A program made the translations under genes and the position numbers. From the NCBI GenBank assembly GCA_049324675.1, contig JBMONM010000120.1:8833-72832 (forward strand): a stretch of 64,000 bases of DNA, written 5' to 3'. Position 1 is the stretch's first letter. Every line of letters starts with the position of its first letter. This document shows positions 7,622 through 15,331 of the stretch, piece after piece. Source of the DNA: Thermodesulfobacteriota bacterium (GTDB taxonomy: Bacteria > Desulfobacterota > Desulfovibrionia > Desulfovibrionales > Desulfovibrionaceae). The notes beneath the pieces were generated by a model. The model had not been told where the DNA came from, searched no databases, and was given only the letters and a program-made list of their open reading frames with translations.

Positions 7622-8887
7622 TTAGGAGGTTATCGATTCGTGCCGCCAGTCGAAGTCCACGCACACCGGGGCGATGGCCTTGTGCGGCAGGCGGCCCGTG
7701 CCGAAGAAGTCGCCTTCGGTCACCACGACCTTGCCGGCCCGGCCGACCTTGTCCACGAGCTGGTGGTTGATGTGCAGGGAGACCAGGAGCTGATACACGG
7801 CGGGCATCAGGGGAAGGCGTTCGATCCGGCAGACGAAGCGGCCGCGCTTTTTCATGCCGGTCAGATCCGTTTCCAGCACGTCGCTGTGCATGGAGATCAG
7901 GCGTTGCTGCCGCTCGTTTTCCACGGCCAGGGCGATGTCCACGCTGTGGATCTTCTCCGGCATCTCCTCCTGGAATTCGTATTCGAGGATGACCTGGATG
8001 TCCTGGCCGGTGCGCACCGACTCGCAGGGCCTGCCGTCGGCGTCGGCGAGCCGGCTTTTCAGGAAGCGCGCGACCCCGGTGCCCCGGCGGTCGGTGACGC
8101 AGGAGAGGTCCATGGGGTCGCCGCCCACCCGGTTGGCCTCCTCATAGGCCCGGACCACCTCCACGGCGTTGCCGTCGAGCCGGATGGCGCCCTGGTCGAG
8201 CCAGATGACCCGGTCGCAGAACTGCAGGATGCTGGCGATGCTGTGGGAAACGAACAGCACCGTCCGCCCCCCGCCGGTCAGGGAGTCCATTTTTTTGAGG
8301 CATTTTTCCTGAAAGGCCACGTCGCCCACGGACAGCACCTCGTCCAGCAGGAGGATGTCGGGATCGAGGTGCGCGGCCACGGAGAAGCCCAGGCGGGCGT
8401 ACATGCCGCTGGAGTAGAACTTGACCGGGAGTTCGAGAAACTTGCCCACGCCGGAGAACTGGACGATGTCGTCGAAGCGCTCCTGCACCTCCTGCAGGGT
8501 CAGCCCCTGCATGGCGGCGTTGAGATAGATGTTTTCCCGCCCGGTCAGTTCCGGGTTGAATCCGGTGCCCACCTCCAGAAGCGAGGTCACCCGGCCGCGG
8601 ATCCTGGCCTCGCCTTCGCTGGGATAGGTGATCCGGGACAGGATCTTGAGCAGGGTGGACTTGCCCGCGCCGTTGTGGCCGATGATCCCTATCTTTTCCC
8701 CCTGGTGGATGTCGAAGCTGACGTTTTTCAGGGCGAAAAAGATTTTCTCCCGGCCCCCCTCTTTCTTGCTCCGCAGAAACCGCAGCAGCCGGGCCATGGG
8801 ACTTAGGTCGGTGTGGGTTATCCGGTATCTCTTGGAAAGATTCCGGACGCTGATTATCGGGGGATTTTCAGGGGATGTCTGTTTCAT
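7622..8887 (-). CDS. wzt: O-polysaccharide ABC transporter ATP-binding protein with a C-terminal Wzt_C-like extension
   Basis: Starts at MKQTSPENPPIISVRNLSKRY. Walker A is GHNGAGKST, the signature is YSSGMYARL and Walker B is ILLLDE. About 170 further residues follow the NBD (..RFLKSRLADADGRPCESVRTGQDIQVILEYEF...VSLHINHQLVDKV..), resembling the beta-sandwich glycan-cap-binding domain of Wzt proteins. Confidence 0.9.
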   Translation of the reverse strand: MKQTSPENPPIISVRNLSKRYRITHTDLSPMARLLRFLRSKKEGGREKIFFALKNVSFDIHQGEKIGIIGHNGAGKSTLLKILSRITYPSEGEARIRGRVTSLLEVGTGFNPELTGRENIYLNAAMQGLTLQEVQERFDDIVQFSGVGKFLELPVKFYSSGMYARLGFSVAAHLDPDILLLDEVLSVGDVAFQEKCLKKMDSLTGGGRTVLFVSHSIASILQFCDRVIWLDQGAIRLDGNAVEVVRAYEEANRVGGDPMDLSCVTDRRGTGVARFLKSRLADADGRPCESVRTGQDIQVILEYEFQEEMPEKIHSVDIALAVENERQQRLISMHSDVLETDLTGMKKRGRFVCRIERLPLMPAVYQLLVSLHINHQLVDKVGRAGKVVVTEGDFFGTGRLPHKAIAPVCVDFDWRHESITS

Positions 8888-9878
8888 GTCCAGGGTGGTC
8901 GCTGAGCAATCCGTGGGACCCGATATGTTTCTCAAGGATTCCGGCAAGGGCGGCGCGACCATGTTGATTGAGGTGTTCCGTGGTGTCTTCGCGGTGGAAG
9001 AAGAACGTGGCGTCAAGGGCGCGGGATAAATCCAGGGGCACGCAACGCGCGGGCGCGCGTCCGGAAGTTGCGTCGTGGACGGCCTGCAGCACACGGTCGG
9101 CGTTGCGTTTCACGCCCAAGGCGAAGTGCTCCCCCACATGGCGAATCCCTGCCATCATATTTACTGGAGTCAGATACAGCAAGATATTTATCCCCAAGGG
9201 GAGGAGGCGCTCCACGGTCCGGGCCAGATCGGCCAGCCGGCGGTTGTCCGGGGCCAGGGGGGGGAGGTAGTGGGCCATGAAAAGTCCCCGGCGGCGCCGG
9301 GTCTGGCCGTCGGGGTCGGCCGGACGGGATTCGGTCAGGCGGATGTAGTCCCCGACCCGTGTCAGGTCCGATTCGGCGAGGCCGAGATCGTGCGCCAGAA
9401 ACCGGTTCCAGGCGGCCTCATCCCGGGGGGCGTCGCCGCGATGCGGCCGCAGGCGGCCCCGGCGGGCGTATTCGTCGATGCGCCCGATTTCCGACCGGAA
9501 CTGAAATTCCGGCCGAAACTCCCATATGGGCGAGAAGCAGCGGAGGTTGACCGCCACGACCACCAGTCGCGGCCGGGCGGGCAGACGCTCGAACAGGGCC
9601 AGCAGGTGCCGATAGATCGTGGGATGGTAGGCCGAGTGGGTGGCCCCCAGGACGACGCCGCCGAGCCGGGCGTCGAGCATCTCGGCCGTGGTGCGGCGGT
9701 CCGCGTCCTCCCGGGCGATGCGCTCCACCGACGAATCGCCGAGAAAGAGCACCGGTTTTCCCGGGCCGCGTCCGAAGGTCTTGACCACCAGATCCAGCGG
9801 CTTGGGCGGGACGGCGGTCCGGCCGCCCCTGGTGCGGAGAAAAAAGTCGCCGATCCGGTTCCGCAGAAAGGATCTCAT
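8868..9878 (-). CDS. SGNH/GDSL-like hydrolase or acyl-esterase family protein (function unknown)
   Basis: Trimmed from track ORF 8868..10097 to ATG 9878 (MRSFLRNRIGDFF). That ATG forms an ATGA overlap with the transketolase stop. Contains PVLFLGDSS (block I-like) and TTEHLNQHGRAALAG (block V-like DxxH). Confidence 0.6.
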   Translation of the reverse strand: MRSFLRNRIGDFFLRTRGGRTAVPPKPLDLVVKTFGRGPGKPVLFLGDSSVERIAREDADRRTTAEMLDARLGGVVLGATHSAYHPTIYRHLLALFERLPARPRLVVVAVNLRCFSPIWEFRPEFQFRSEIGRIDEYARRGRLRPHRGDAPRDEAAWNRFLAHDLGLAESDLTRVGDYIRLTESRPADPDGQTRRRRGLFMAHYLPPLAPDNRRLADLARTVERLLPLGINILLYLTPVNMMAGIRHVGEHFALGVKRNADRVLQAVHDATSGRAPARCVPLDLSRALDATFFFHREDTTEHLNQHGRAALAGILEKHIGSHGLLSDHPGHETDIP

Positions 9879-11773
9879 GCCTGCAGGTGTTCCCGGACGC
9901 GGGCGGCCAGACCGGCCGCGTCCAGGCCGTGGGTCGCCAGGACTTCCGTGTTCAGGCCGCAGCGGGGGATGTCGCCGAGGCCGACGCGGACCAGCCGGGG
10001 CGGGTCGGGCAGGCGCAGCCCGGCCAGGGCCGCGGCCACGGTTTCGCCCTGTCCCCCTTCCAGAAAGTGGTTTTCGGCCAGGACCAGCAGCGGACAACGC
10101 CCGGCCAGCTCCGCCAGCCAGTCCGCATCCACCCGGTTCAGCCAGGGCAGATCGACCACGCCCAGTTCGACGCCTTCGCCGGCCAGGATCTCGGCCGCCC
10201 CCATGGCCTCGTTGAGGAGCACCGGGCCGGCGGCCACCAGGACCGCGTCGCGGCCGGCGCGCAGCTCCACGCCCCGCCCGGGGGTCAGGGCGTAGTCCTC
10301 CGGAAGGTCGAAGCGCCGCGCGACCGGGATGGTCACCAGACGCAGGTAGCCCGGGCCGTCATGGACGCGCAGCAGGTAATCCAGGGCCGGCCCCACTTCC
10401 CGGGCGCAGCCGGGTTCCAGCATGACCATGTCCGGAATGCCCTTGAGCGCGGCGATGTCGCGCACGCATTGGTGGGAGTGGCCCGGGCCGCCGGGCAGGA
10501 CCCCGGCCAGGCTGCCGACGTACAGGACATGGCTGCGTTCGGTGGCGTTGTTGAAGATCTGTTCGTTGGGCCGGGCGCTTAGGAAACAGGCAAAGGAATG
10601 GACCACGGGCATAAGGCCCTGCCGGGCCATGGCCCCGGCCGTGGACACCATGTCCTGTTCGGCGATGCCGCATTGGAAGTAGCGCTCCGGAAAGGCCTTG
10701 CGGAAGGGCAGCACCCCGCAGTCCAGGGCCAGGTCGGCGTCCAGGACCACGAGGTCCGGGTCGCCTCGGCCGGCCTCCAGCAGGGCCTGGGCGTAGGCGG
10801 CGACCAGTCGTTCGCCCTGGGCCGGGGCGGCCGGGGTGTGGGCCACGGCCTCGGTGCGAAGCGGCGGCAGGCCCAGGGCCGCCAGTTGCCCGTTTGCCCG
10901 CCGGGACAGTTCGTCCAGGGCCCGGGCGTATTCCTCGGGTTTGGGCGCGCCGCTGTGGTAGTAGTAGCGCTCCAGGTCGTGTTCGGCGTCGTGGGCGGTG
11001 CGCTCCATGAAGGAGACGCCCTTGCCCTTGACCGTGTCGGCGACGATCACCTGGGGCCGGTCGCGTTCCCGGCGGCACCGGTCCAGGCAGGCGGCCAGGG
11101 CCGTGAGGTCGTGGCCGTCGCAGCGGGTGACCATCCAGCCGTGGGCCGCGAACCGGGCTTCGAGGTCGCCCAGGGAACTGACCTGGTCCACCCAGGTGTC
11201 GGATTGCAGCTTATTGTGGTCCACGATGGCCGTAAGCCCCGCGAGACGCAGGTTGGCGCAGGGCAAAAGCGACTCCCAGGTCTGGCCTTCCTGGAGCTCG
11301 CCGTCGCCCAGAAGCACGAACACGCGCCGGTCCCGGCCGCGCAGGCGGTCGGCCAAAAGCAGCCCCTTGGCCTTGGCCACGCCCATGCCCAGGGAGCCGG
11401 TGTTGGCCACCACGCCCGGGACGTGCACGTCGGGGTGCCCGGGCAGGCCGCCCAGGCGGCGCAGGCGGTGCAGCAGGTCGAAGTCGAGCAGCCGAAGGGC
11501 CAGCCGCACGGCGTAGAATCCCGGGCAGTCGTGGCCCTTGGAGGAGAAGAACAGGTCCCCCCGTTCCCGGCCGAGCTCCTGAAGGTGCAGCCAGGCCACG
11601 ATGTCCATGGCGCTGAAGCTCGACCCCAGGTGGCCGGAACCGGCCCGGGCGACCATGTACAGGGTGTTGATCCGGCACAGGGTGGCGAAGGCCTCGGCCC
11701 GGGGGACCGGGGGCAGGGCCTCGGAAAGAAGCCCCTGGAAGACGTCGGCGGGAATGTAACGCAGTTCGTTCAT
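9875..11773 (-). CDS. Transketolase, single-chain (N-terminal ThDP-binding plus pyrimidine-binding and C-terminal domains)
   Basis: 632-aa ORF. Contains ARAGSGHLGSSFSAMDIV, VLLGDGELQEGQTWES, GIAEQDMVSTAGAMARQG and HQCVRDIAALKGIPDMVMLEP, which are canonical transketolase blocks. Confidence 0.9.
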   Translation of the reverse strand: MNELRYIPADVFQGLLSEALPPVPRAEAFATLCRINTLYMVARAGSGHLGSSFSAMDIVAWLHLQELGRERGDLFFSSKGHDCPGFYAVRLALRLLDFDLLHRLRRLGGLPGHPDVHVPGVVANTGSLGMGVAKAKGLLLADRLRGRDRRVFVLLGDGELQEGQTWESLLPCANLRLAGLTAIVDHNKLQSDTWVDQVSSLGDLEARFAAHGWMVTRCDGHDLTALAACLDRCRRERDRPQVIVADTVKGKGVSFMERTAHDAEHDLERYYYHSGAPKPEEYARALDELSRRANGQLAALGLPPLRTEAVAHTPAAPAQGERLVAAYAQALLEAGRGDPDLVVLDADLALDCGVLPFRKAFPERYFQCGIAEQDMVSTAGAMARQGLMPVVHSFACFLSARPNEQIFNNATERSHVLYVGSLAGVLPGGPGHSHQCVRDIAALKGIPDMVMLEPGCAREVGPALDYLLRVHDGPGYLRLVTIPVARRFDLPEDYALTPGRGVELRAGRDAVLVAAGPVLLNEAMGAAEILAGEGVELGVVDLPWLNRVDADWLAELAGRCPLLVLAENHFLEGGQGETVAAALAGLRLPDPPRLVRVGLGDIPRCGLNTEVLATHGLDAAGLAARVREHLQA

Positions 11774-11796
11774 GGAGGGTTTTTCCTTGCGGGGTC

Positions 11797-12630
11797 CTAC
11801 CAGCGGCGCAGGGCGAAGGCCACGCCGTATCCGACATGGGGGTTGGACCAGGAGGTGAACCGGGGGTCGGTGGCCACCATCTCCCGCCAGACGTCCAGGA
11901 GATAGGGGTGGCTGGGGTGGCAGATGTCGTCGAAGACGATCGCGCCGCCGATCTTCAGGCGCGGCAGGACGTCCGCCAGGTCCTCGATGGCCCCTTCCCG
12001 GGAGTGGTCCCCGTCCACGGTGATCATGTCGAAACGCAGGGCCTCGTTATCCCGGAAAAACGCCTTGAGGGTCTGGTGGGAGTTGCCGTGGTGGTAGTCC
12101 CGGGGGCCGGTGTGGCCGCATTTGTCGAGCTCCGCGTCCACCAGGGCCCGGCCGGGGTTGTCCATGCCGGCGTACCGCTTGCCGGGCCACATGTCGAACA
12201 GGTGGAACCGGCAGGCCGGGGCCTTGGAGGCCACGGCGCAGGCGCTGCGGCCCCGGCGCACGCCGATCTCCAGATAGCGTTCGGGCCGCAGGGTTTCGGC
12301 CAGGGCCAGCAGGACGGTGACGATGTCGGCATAGCCCCAGGCGTCGCCGAAGCGCTTCAGCCCCTCGGCGTAATAGGCTTGCAGGTAGGATACGTAGTCG
12401 TCCGGCTCCAGGCGGCGGCTCAGCTCCAGGGCCTCCCGGACGTAGCGGGAGTCGCCGATGCGCCGCCCCAGGGCCGGGGCCGGGAGCAGAAGCGGCGGAT
12501 ACCAGTCGTTCCGGCCCCGGGTGTAGCACAGCGCCCCGACCATCTCCGGGGTGTCCGGATACTCCGGCCTGGGGCAGGCGGCGGGAGCGGCCGGGCGTGC
12601 GCCGAGAATCTTTTTCAGGACAGATGCCAT
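11797..12630 (-). CDS. Class I SAM methyltransferase (Methyltransf_24 / CmcI-like)
   Basis: 277-aa ORF. YLEIGVRRGRSACAVA...MITVDGDHSREGAIEDLADVLPRLKIGGAIVFDD is typical of this O-methyltransferase fold. Confidence 0.75.
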   Translation of the reverse strand: MASVLKKILGARPAAPAACPRPEYPDTPEMVGALCYTRGRNDWYPPLLLPAPALGRRIGDSRYVREALELSRRLEPDDYVSYLQAYYAEGLKRFGDAWGYADIVTVLLALAETLRPERYLEIGVRRGRSACAVASKAPACRFHLFDMWPGKRYAGMDNPGRALVDAELDKCGHTGPRDYHHGNSHQTLKAFFRDNEALRFDMITVDGDHSREGAIEDLADVLPRLKIGGAIVFDDICHPSHPYLLDVWREMVATDPRFTSWSNPHVGYGVAFALRRW

Positions 12631-12770
12631 AGGGGTTCGCCGTGGTTCGATGTTGGAAACAGGAAAGGCACGCCCCGCTTGGTATCACCATTGCCCGCGG
12701 CAGGACAAGGCCGCCCCGGCGCCCGGCCCGGGCGCCCCGGGACAGGGGAAAAACGCCCCCGGGTCCCGCC

Positions 12771-14291
12771 TCACGAGGCCTGCCGGCGAAACCTGCCGAG
12801 CAGGCCGCGCGCCGCTTTCCGTGTTCGTTTCGCAACCTGCCGGGAAGCGCGCAGCAGGCGTTTTCCGACGGCGTGAAACAGGATGCGGAACGCGGTCGTT
12901 TTCCGGTCCACGTAGGCGCGATTTTTTCGAGCCGCCCGGAGCAGTTCCTCCGGAGCCGGCGGGCCGGTTTTCCGCGCCGCCGGGGAAGGGGCCGGCCGCA
13001 GATAGTCCGCCGGATACGAGAAGGCCGGCGTCCGGACGGCGGGTTTTTCCAGGCTCCGGGCCTTTTTTCCCCGATAGGCCATGAACCAGTCGTTGATGTC
13101 CTCCGGCCGCATGTCCCAGGGGACGACGTACGATTCCGGACGGTCGGCGACCCGCTCCGGAAAGGCCCCGAGATTCGGGACGACCACCGGCAGGGCGCTG
13201 CGCAGGGCCTCGGACAGCGTGAAGCTGTATGTTTCGGGAACCCGGGCCGGGAACCAGACGATGTGGGGGGAGACCGCGCGCAAAAGTCCTTGCAGCTCCT
13301 GTTCCCGGTACCGGCCGTGAACGGTCAGGGCGGACCGGGGGCGGACGGACAGACGCCGATAGGCATGGCCGATGAGCTCGAAGGAAAGGGGCAGGCCCCG
13401 TTTTTTGGCGTCCCTGGCGCAGGCCTCCAGGGTGTCGGCCCCCTTGTGCCTGGACATGGCCCCCAGGACGGCGATGACGAGCGGCCGGCCGGCCTCGGGG
13501 AGGGGTTTCGGGAGGGGGGGCTGGGGCGGCGTCGGCTCCGGGTGCCAGGCCGTGACGAGAGCGGCATCCGGGAAATGACGCCGCAGCCGTCCGGCGACAT
13601 CGAAGGACGGGGCGAAGACCCGTGCGGCCCGCTCCAGAAACGCGGCGGAATTCGCCCGCCAGGTTTCGATCGACCCGCCCTTCGCGGCCGGGTGATCCTC
13701 CAGGCATCGCCGGCATTGTCCCTCGCCGTCTTCGCCGCAATAGCCCCCGTCCGGGGTCATCAGATGTATCCGGGGACAAAAACTGTAATAATCGTGCGCC
13801 GTGAAATCAAAGGGGACCTCCAGTTCCCGGGGAAGGTCCCGCACGGAGGCGTCCCAGCCCAGGAGGTGGTGATAGTGGATGCGCGAGACGCCGATTGCCC
13901 GGAAAAAATCCAACAGCAGGGAGTGGTCCGTTTCGTAATCCAGGACGATATGGAAGGATTCGCCGGGCTGGTTCCACAGGATATCGACCATGTTTCCAAC
14001 CCGGTGTCCCAGTATGGTATGCGGGACCATGAGCAGGTGGCGGGCGTGGCCGTGCAGCAGTCGGGCCAGGTCGTCGATATGGCGCCTCGAGCCCCCGACG
14101 TCGGAATGGCTGACGGCCAGAACGACGGGGAGGCCGCCCTGCGCGAGCCGGGCCATGTCGGCCGCCAGACGAACCAGGTCCGTTTTTTCGCCCAATCTCG
14201 TGTCCTGCCTGTCTCGGTCCGGGTTTCGCCGGACCGGCCGGTAGGGGCCGATAGCACCGCCGACGGAAAAAGCCCAGCGCCGCGCCCCCAT
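12771..14291 (-). CDS. GT4-like glycosyltransferase with a basic C-terminal tail
   Basis: Track ORF 12771..14573 trimmed. Contains ...PVVLAVSHSDVGGSRRHIDDLA...IAVLGAMSRHKGAD...VWFPARVPETYSFTLSEALRSALPVVVPNLGAFPE (GT-B C-terminal domain). The tail is Lys/Arg-rich. The start is ambiguous: ATG 14291, an internal TTG, or ATG 14156. Confidence 0.65.
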   Translation of the reverse strand: MGARRWAFSVGGAIGPYRPVRRNPDRDRQDTRLGEKTDLVRLAADMARLAQGGLPVVLAVSHSDVGGSRRHIDDLARLLHGHARHLLMVPHTILGHRVGNMVDILWNQPGESFHIVLDYETDHSLLLDFFRAIGVSRIHYHHLLGWDASVRDLPRELEVPFDFTAHDYYSFCPRIHLMTPDGGYCGEDGEGQCRRCLEDHPAAKGGSIETWRANSAAFLERAARVFAPSFDVAGRLRRHFPDAALVTAWHPEPTPPQPPLPKPLPEAGRPLVIAVLGAMSRHKGADTLEACARDAKKRGLPLSFELIGHAYRRLSVRPRSALTVHGRYREQELQGLLRAVSPHIVWFPARVPETYSFTLSEALRSALPVVVPNLGAFPERVADRPESYVVPWDMRPEDINDWFMAYRGKKARSLEKPAVRTPAFSYPADYLRPAPSPAARKTGPPAPEELLRAARKNRAYVDRKTTAFRILFHAVGKRLLRASRQVAKRTRKAARGLLGRFRRQAS

Positions 14292-14338
14292 GAAAAAAAC
14301 GTCCCCCCCCGGGCCGGCCGCCAGCGGCCGATTATGTA

Positions 14339-14364
14339 TTGCCAATTCGAATCCGAAATGGCAA
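14339..14364. promoter_or_regulatory. Palindromic element TTGCCA-N14-TGGCAA (spacer contains ATTCGAAT) in the divergent control region
   Basis: Read directly: ttgcca (14339-14344) and tggcaa (14359-14364) are reverse complements. This is the lowest-GC patch between the two divergent operon starts (14291 minus strand, 14441 plus strand). Confidence 0.35.
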
Positions 14365-14440
14365 ACCAGCGCCTGCGGCGTTTCTCCTCGCGGCGCGGCG
14401 GCCGCCGCCGGACGAAGGGGAATGCCGACACGGCCGGGAC

Positions 14441-15331
14441 ATGGAAAAAACAACACTCGTATCGGTCTTGATCTGCACCCACAATGCGGAACGCTTTCTT
14501 GGCGCGACGATCGAAAGCGTCCTCCGTCAGACGTATACGAACCTTGAAATACTTGTGCACGACGACGGTTCAACGGACGAAACCGCGTCTTTCTTGACCA
14601 AAATCAAGGAGACCAGCCCCTATCCCTGCGAAGTGCTTTTCTCCGGACGAAAAAAGGGACCCTACGCGGGCCTCAATTCCCTCCTCGAAAAAGCAAAAGG
14701 CCGGTATATCGCCATTCTCGACCATGACGACCTGTGGCGGGCCGACAAGATCTCCCGCCAGGTCGAGTTCCTGGAGGGCCATCCGGAGTTTCAGGCCTGC
14801 GGCTCCATGACCTATGTCCTGTGGGAATCCTTCGGCAGGCTCAGCGTCTTTCGGGCGAAGGAGAGGGACGACAAGGCCTTTCACAGCACGCTCATGTTTC
14901 GCAACGACCCGGCCTTCAGATACGACGAGGGCTATCTGTACCGGAACGATTTCCAGTTCATCAGAAAGCACTTATGTGGAAACGCGGGCGCCATCTCCAA
15001 TCTTCAGGAGCCGCTGGCCCTGTGGAGGATTCGCTCCGACGGACGGAACCTGAGCCGGCGCTGGTCGGGCCCCGGCTCCATCCGGCGCTACATCAGGGCC
15101 ACGGGCGACGTCGCCGGAGGCGTTTCCGGATATCTTTTCAACCTGCTTCCGTCGCGCCTCGTCTATACGATCCTGACCTCGCGGCATGCGACGAAGACCC
15201 GCGACCTTTCACCCGCCGAACGGGAAGACCCTTTTGTGTTCCTGAACGACACGGCGGACCCTCCGCCTCCCGGGCCGCACCCGCGCGACACGGCCATGCC
15301 CGCCGCATGTCCCGGACAAAAGACCGCCTGA
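14441..15331 (+). CDS. GT2 glycosyltransferase
   Basis: Trimmed from track ORF 14339..15331 to ATG 14441. MEKTTLVSVLICTHNAERFLGATIESVLRQTYTNLEILVHDDGSTDET...ILDHDDLW is the classical GT2 N-terminus with a DxD. Its stop overlaps the next start (TGATG). Confidence 0.85.
   Translation: MEKTTLVSVLICTHNAERFLGATIESVLRQTYTNLEILVHDDGSTDETASFLTKIKETSPYPCEVLFSGRKKGPYAGLNSLLEKAKGRYIAILDHDDLWRADKISRQVEFLEGHPEFQACGSMTYVLWESFGRLSVFRAKERDDKAFHSTLMFRNDPAFRYDEGYLYRNDFQFIRKHLCGNAGAISNLQEPLALWRIRSDGRNLSRRWSGPGSIRRYIRATGDVAGGVSGYLFNLLPSRLVYTILTSRHATKTRDLSPAEREDPFVFLNDTADPPPPGPHPRDTAMPAACPGQKTA

Noticed and set aside
2455-7625. Very long track ORFs overlapping the real genes: 2455..4776 (+) 773 aa, 5037..7625 (+) 862 aa, 5563..7464 (-) 633 aa, and 1642..2436 (+).
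   Set aside because: Their products are Arg/Gly/Pro/Ala/His-rich low-complexity strings with no recognisable domains. They lie antisense or out of frame to ORFs with clear family signatures (GT4, FkbM, TylF, GT2). These are typical shadow frames of GC-rich coding DNA.
9257-9264. G/C homopolymers of 7-8 nt: 9257-9264, 13514-13520, 38211-38217 and 60246-60252.
   Set aside because: With G and C each near one third of bases, runs of this length are expected many times in 64 kb. They encode Pro-Pro or Gly-Gly. Unlike the A8/T8 runs, they are not statistically notable.
14359-14380. TGGCAA in the divergent region, considered as a sigma54 -24 element.
   Set aside because: No TTGC(A/T) -12 element occurs at the required spacing on either strand.
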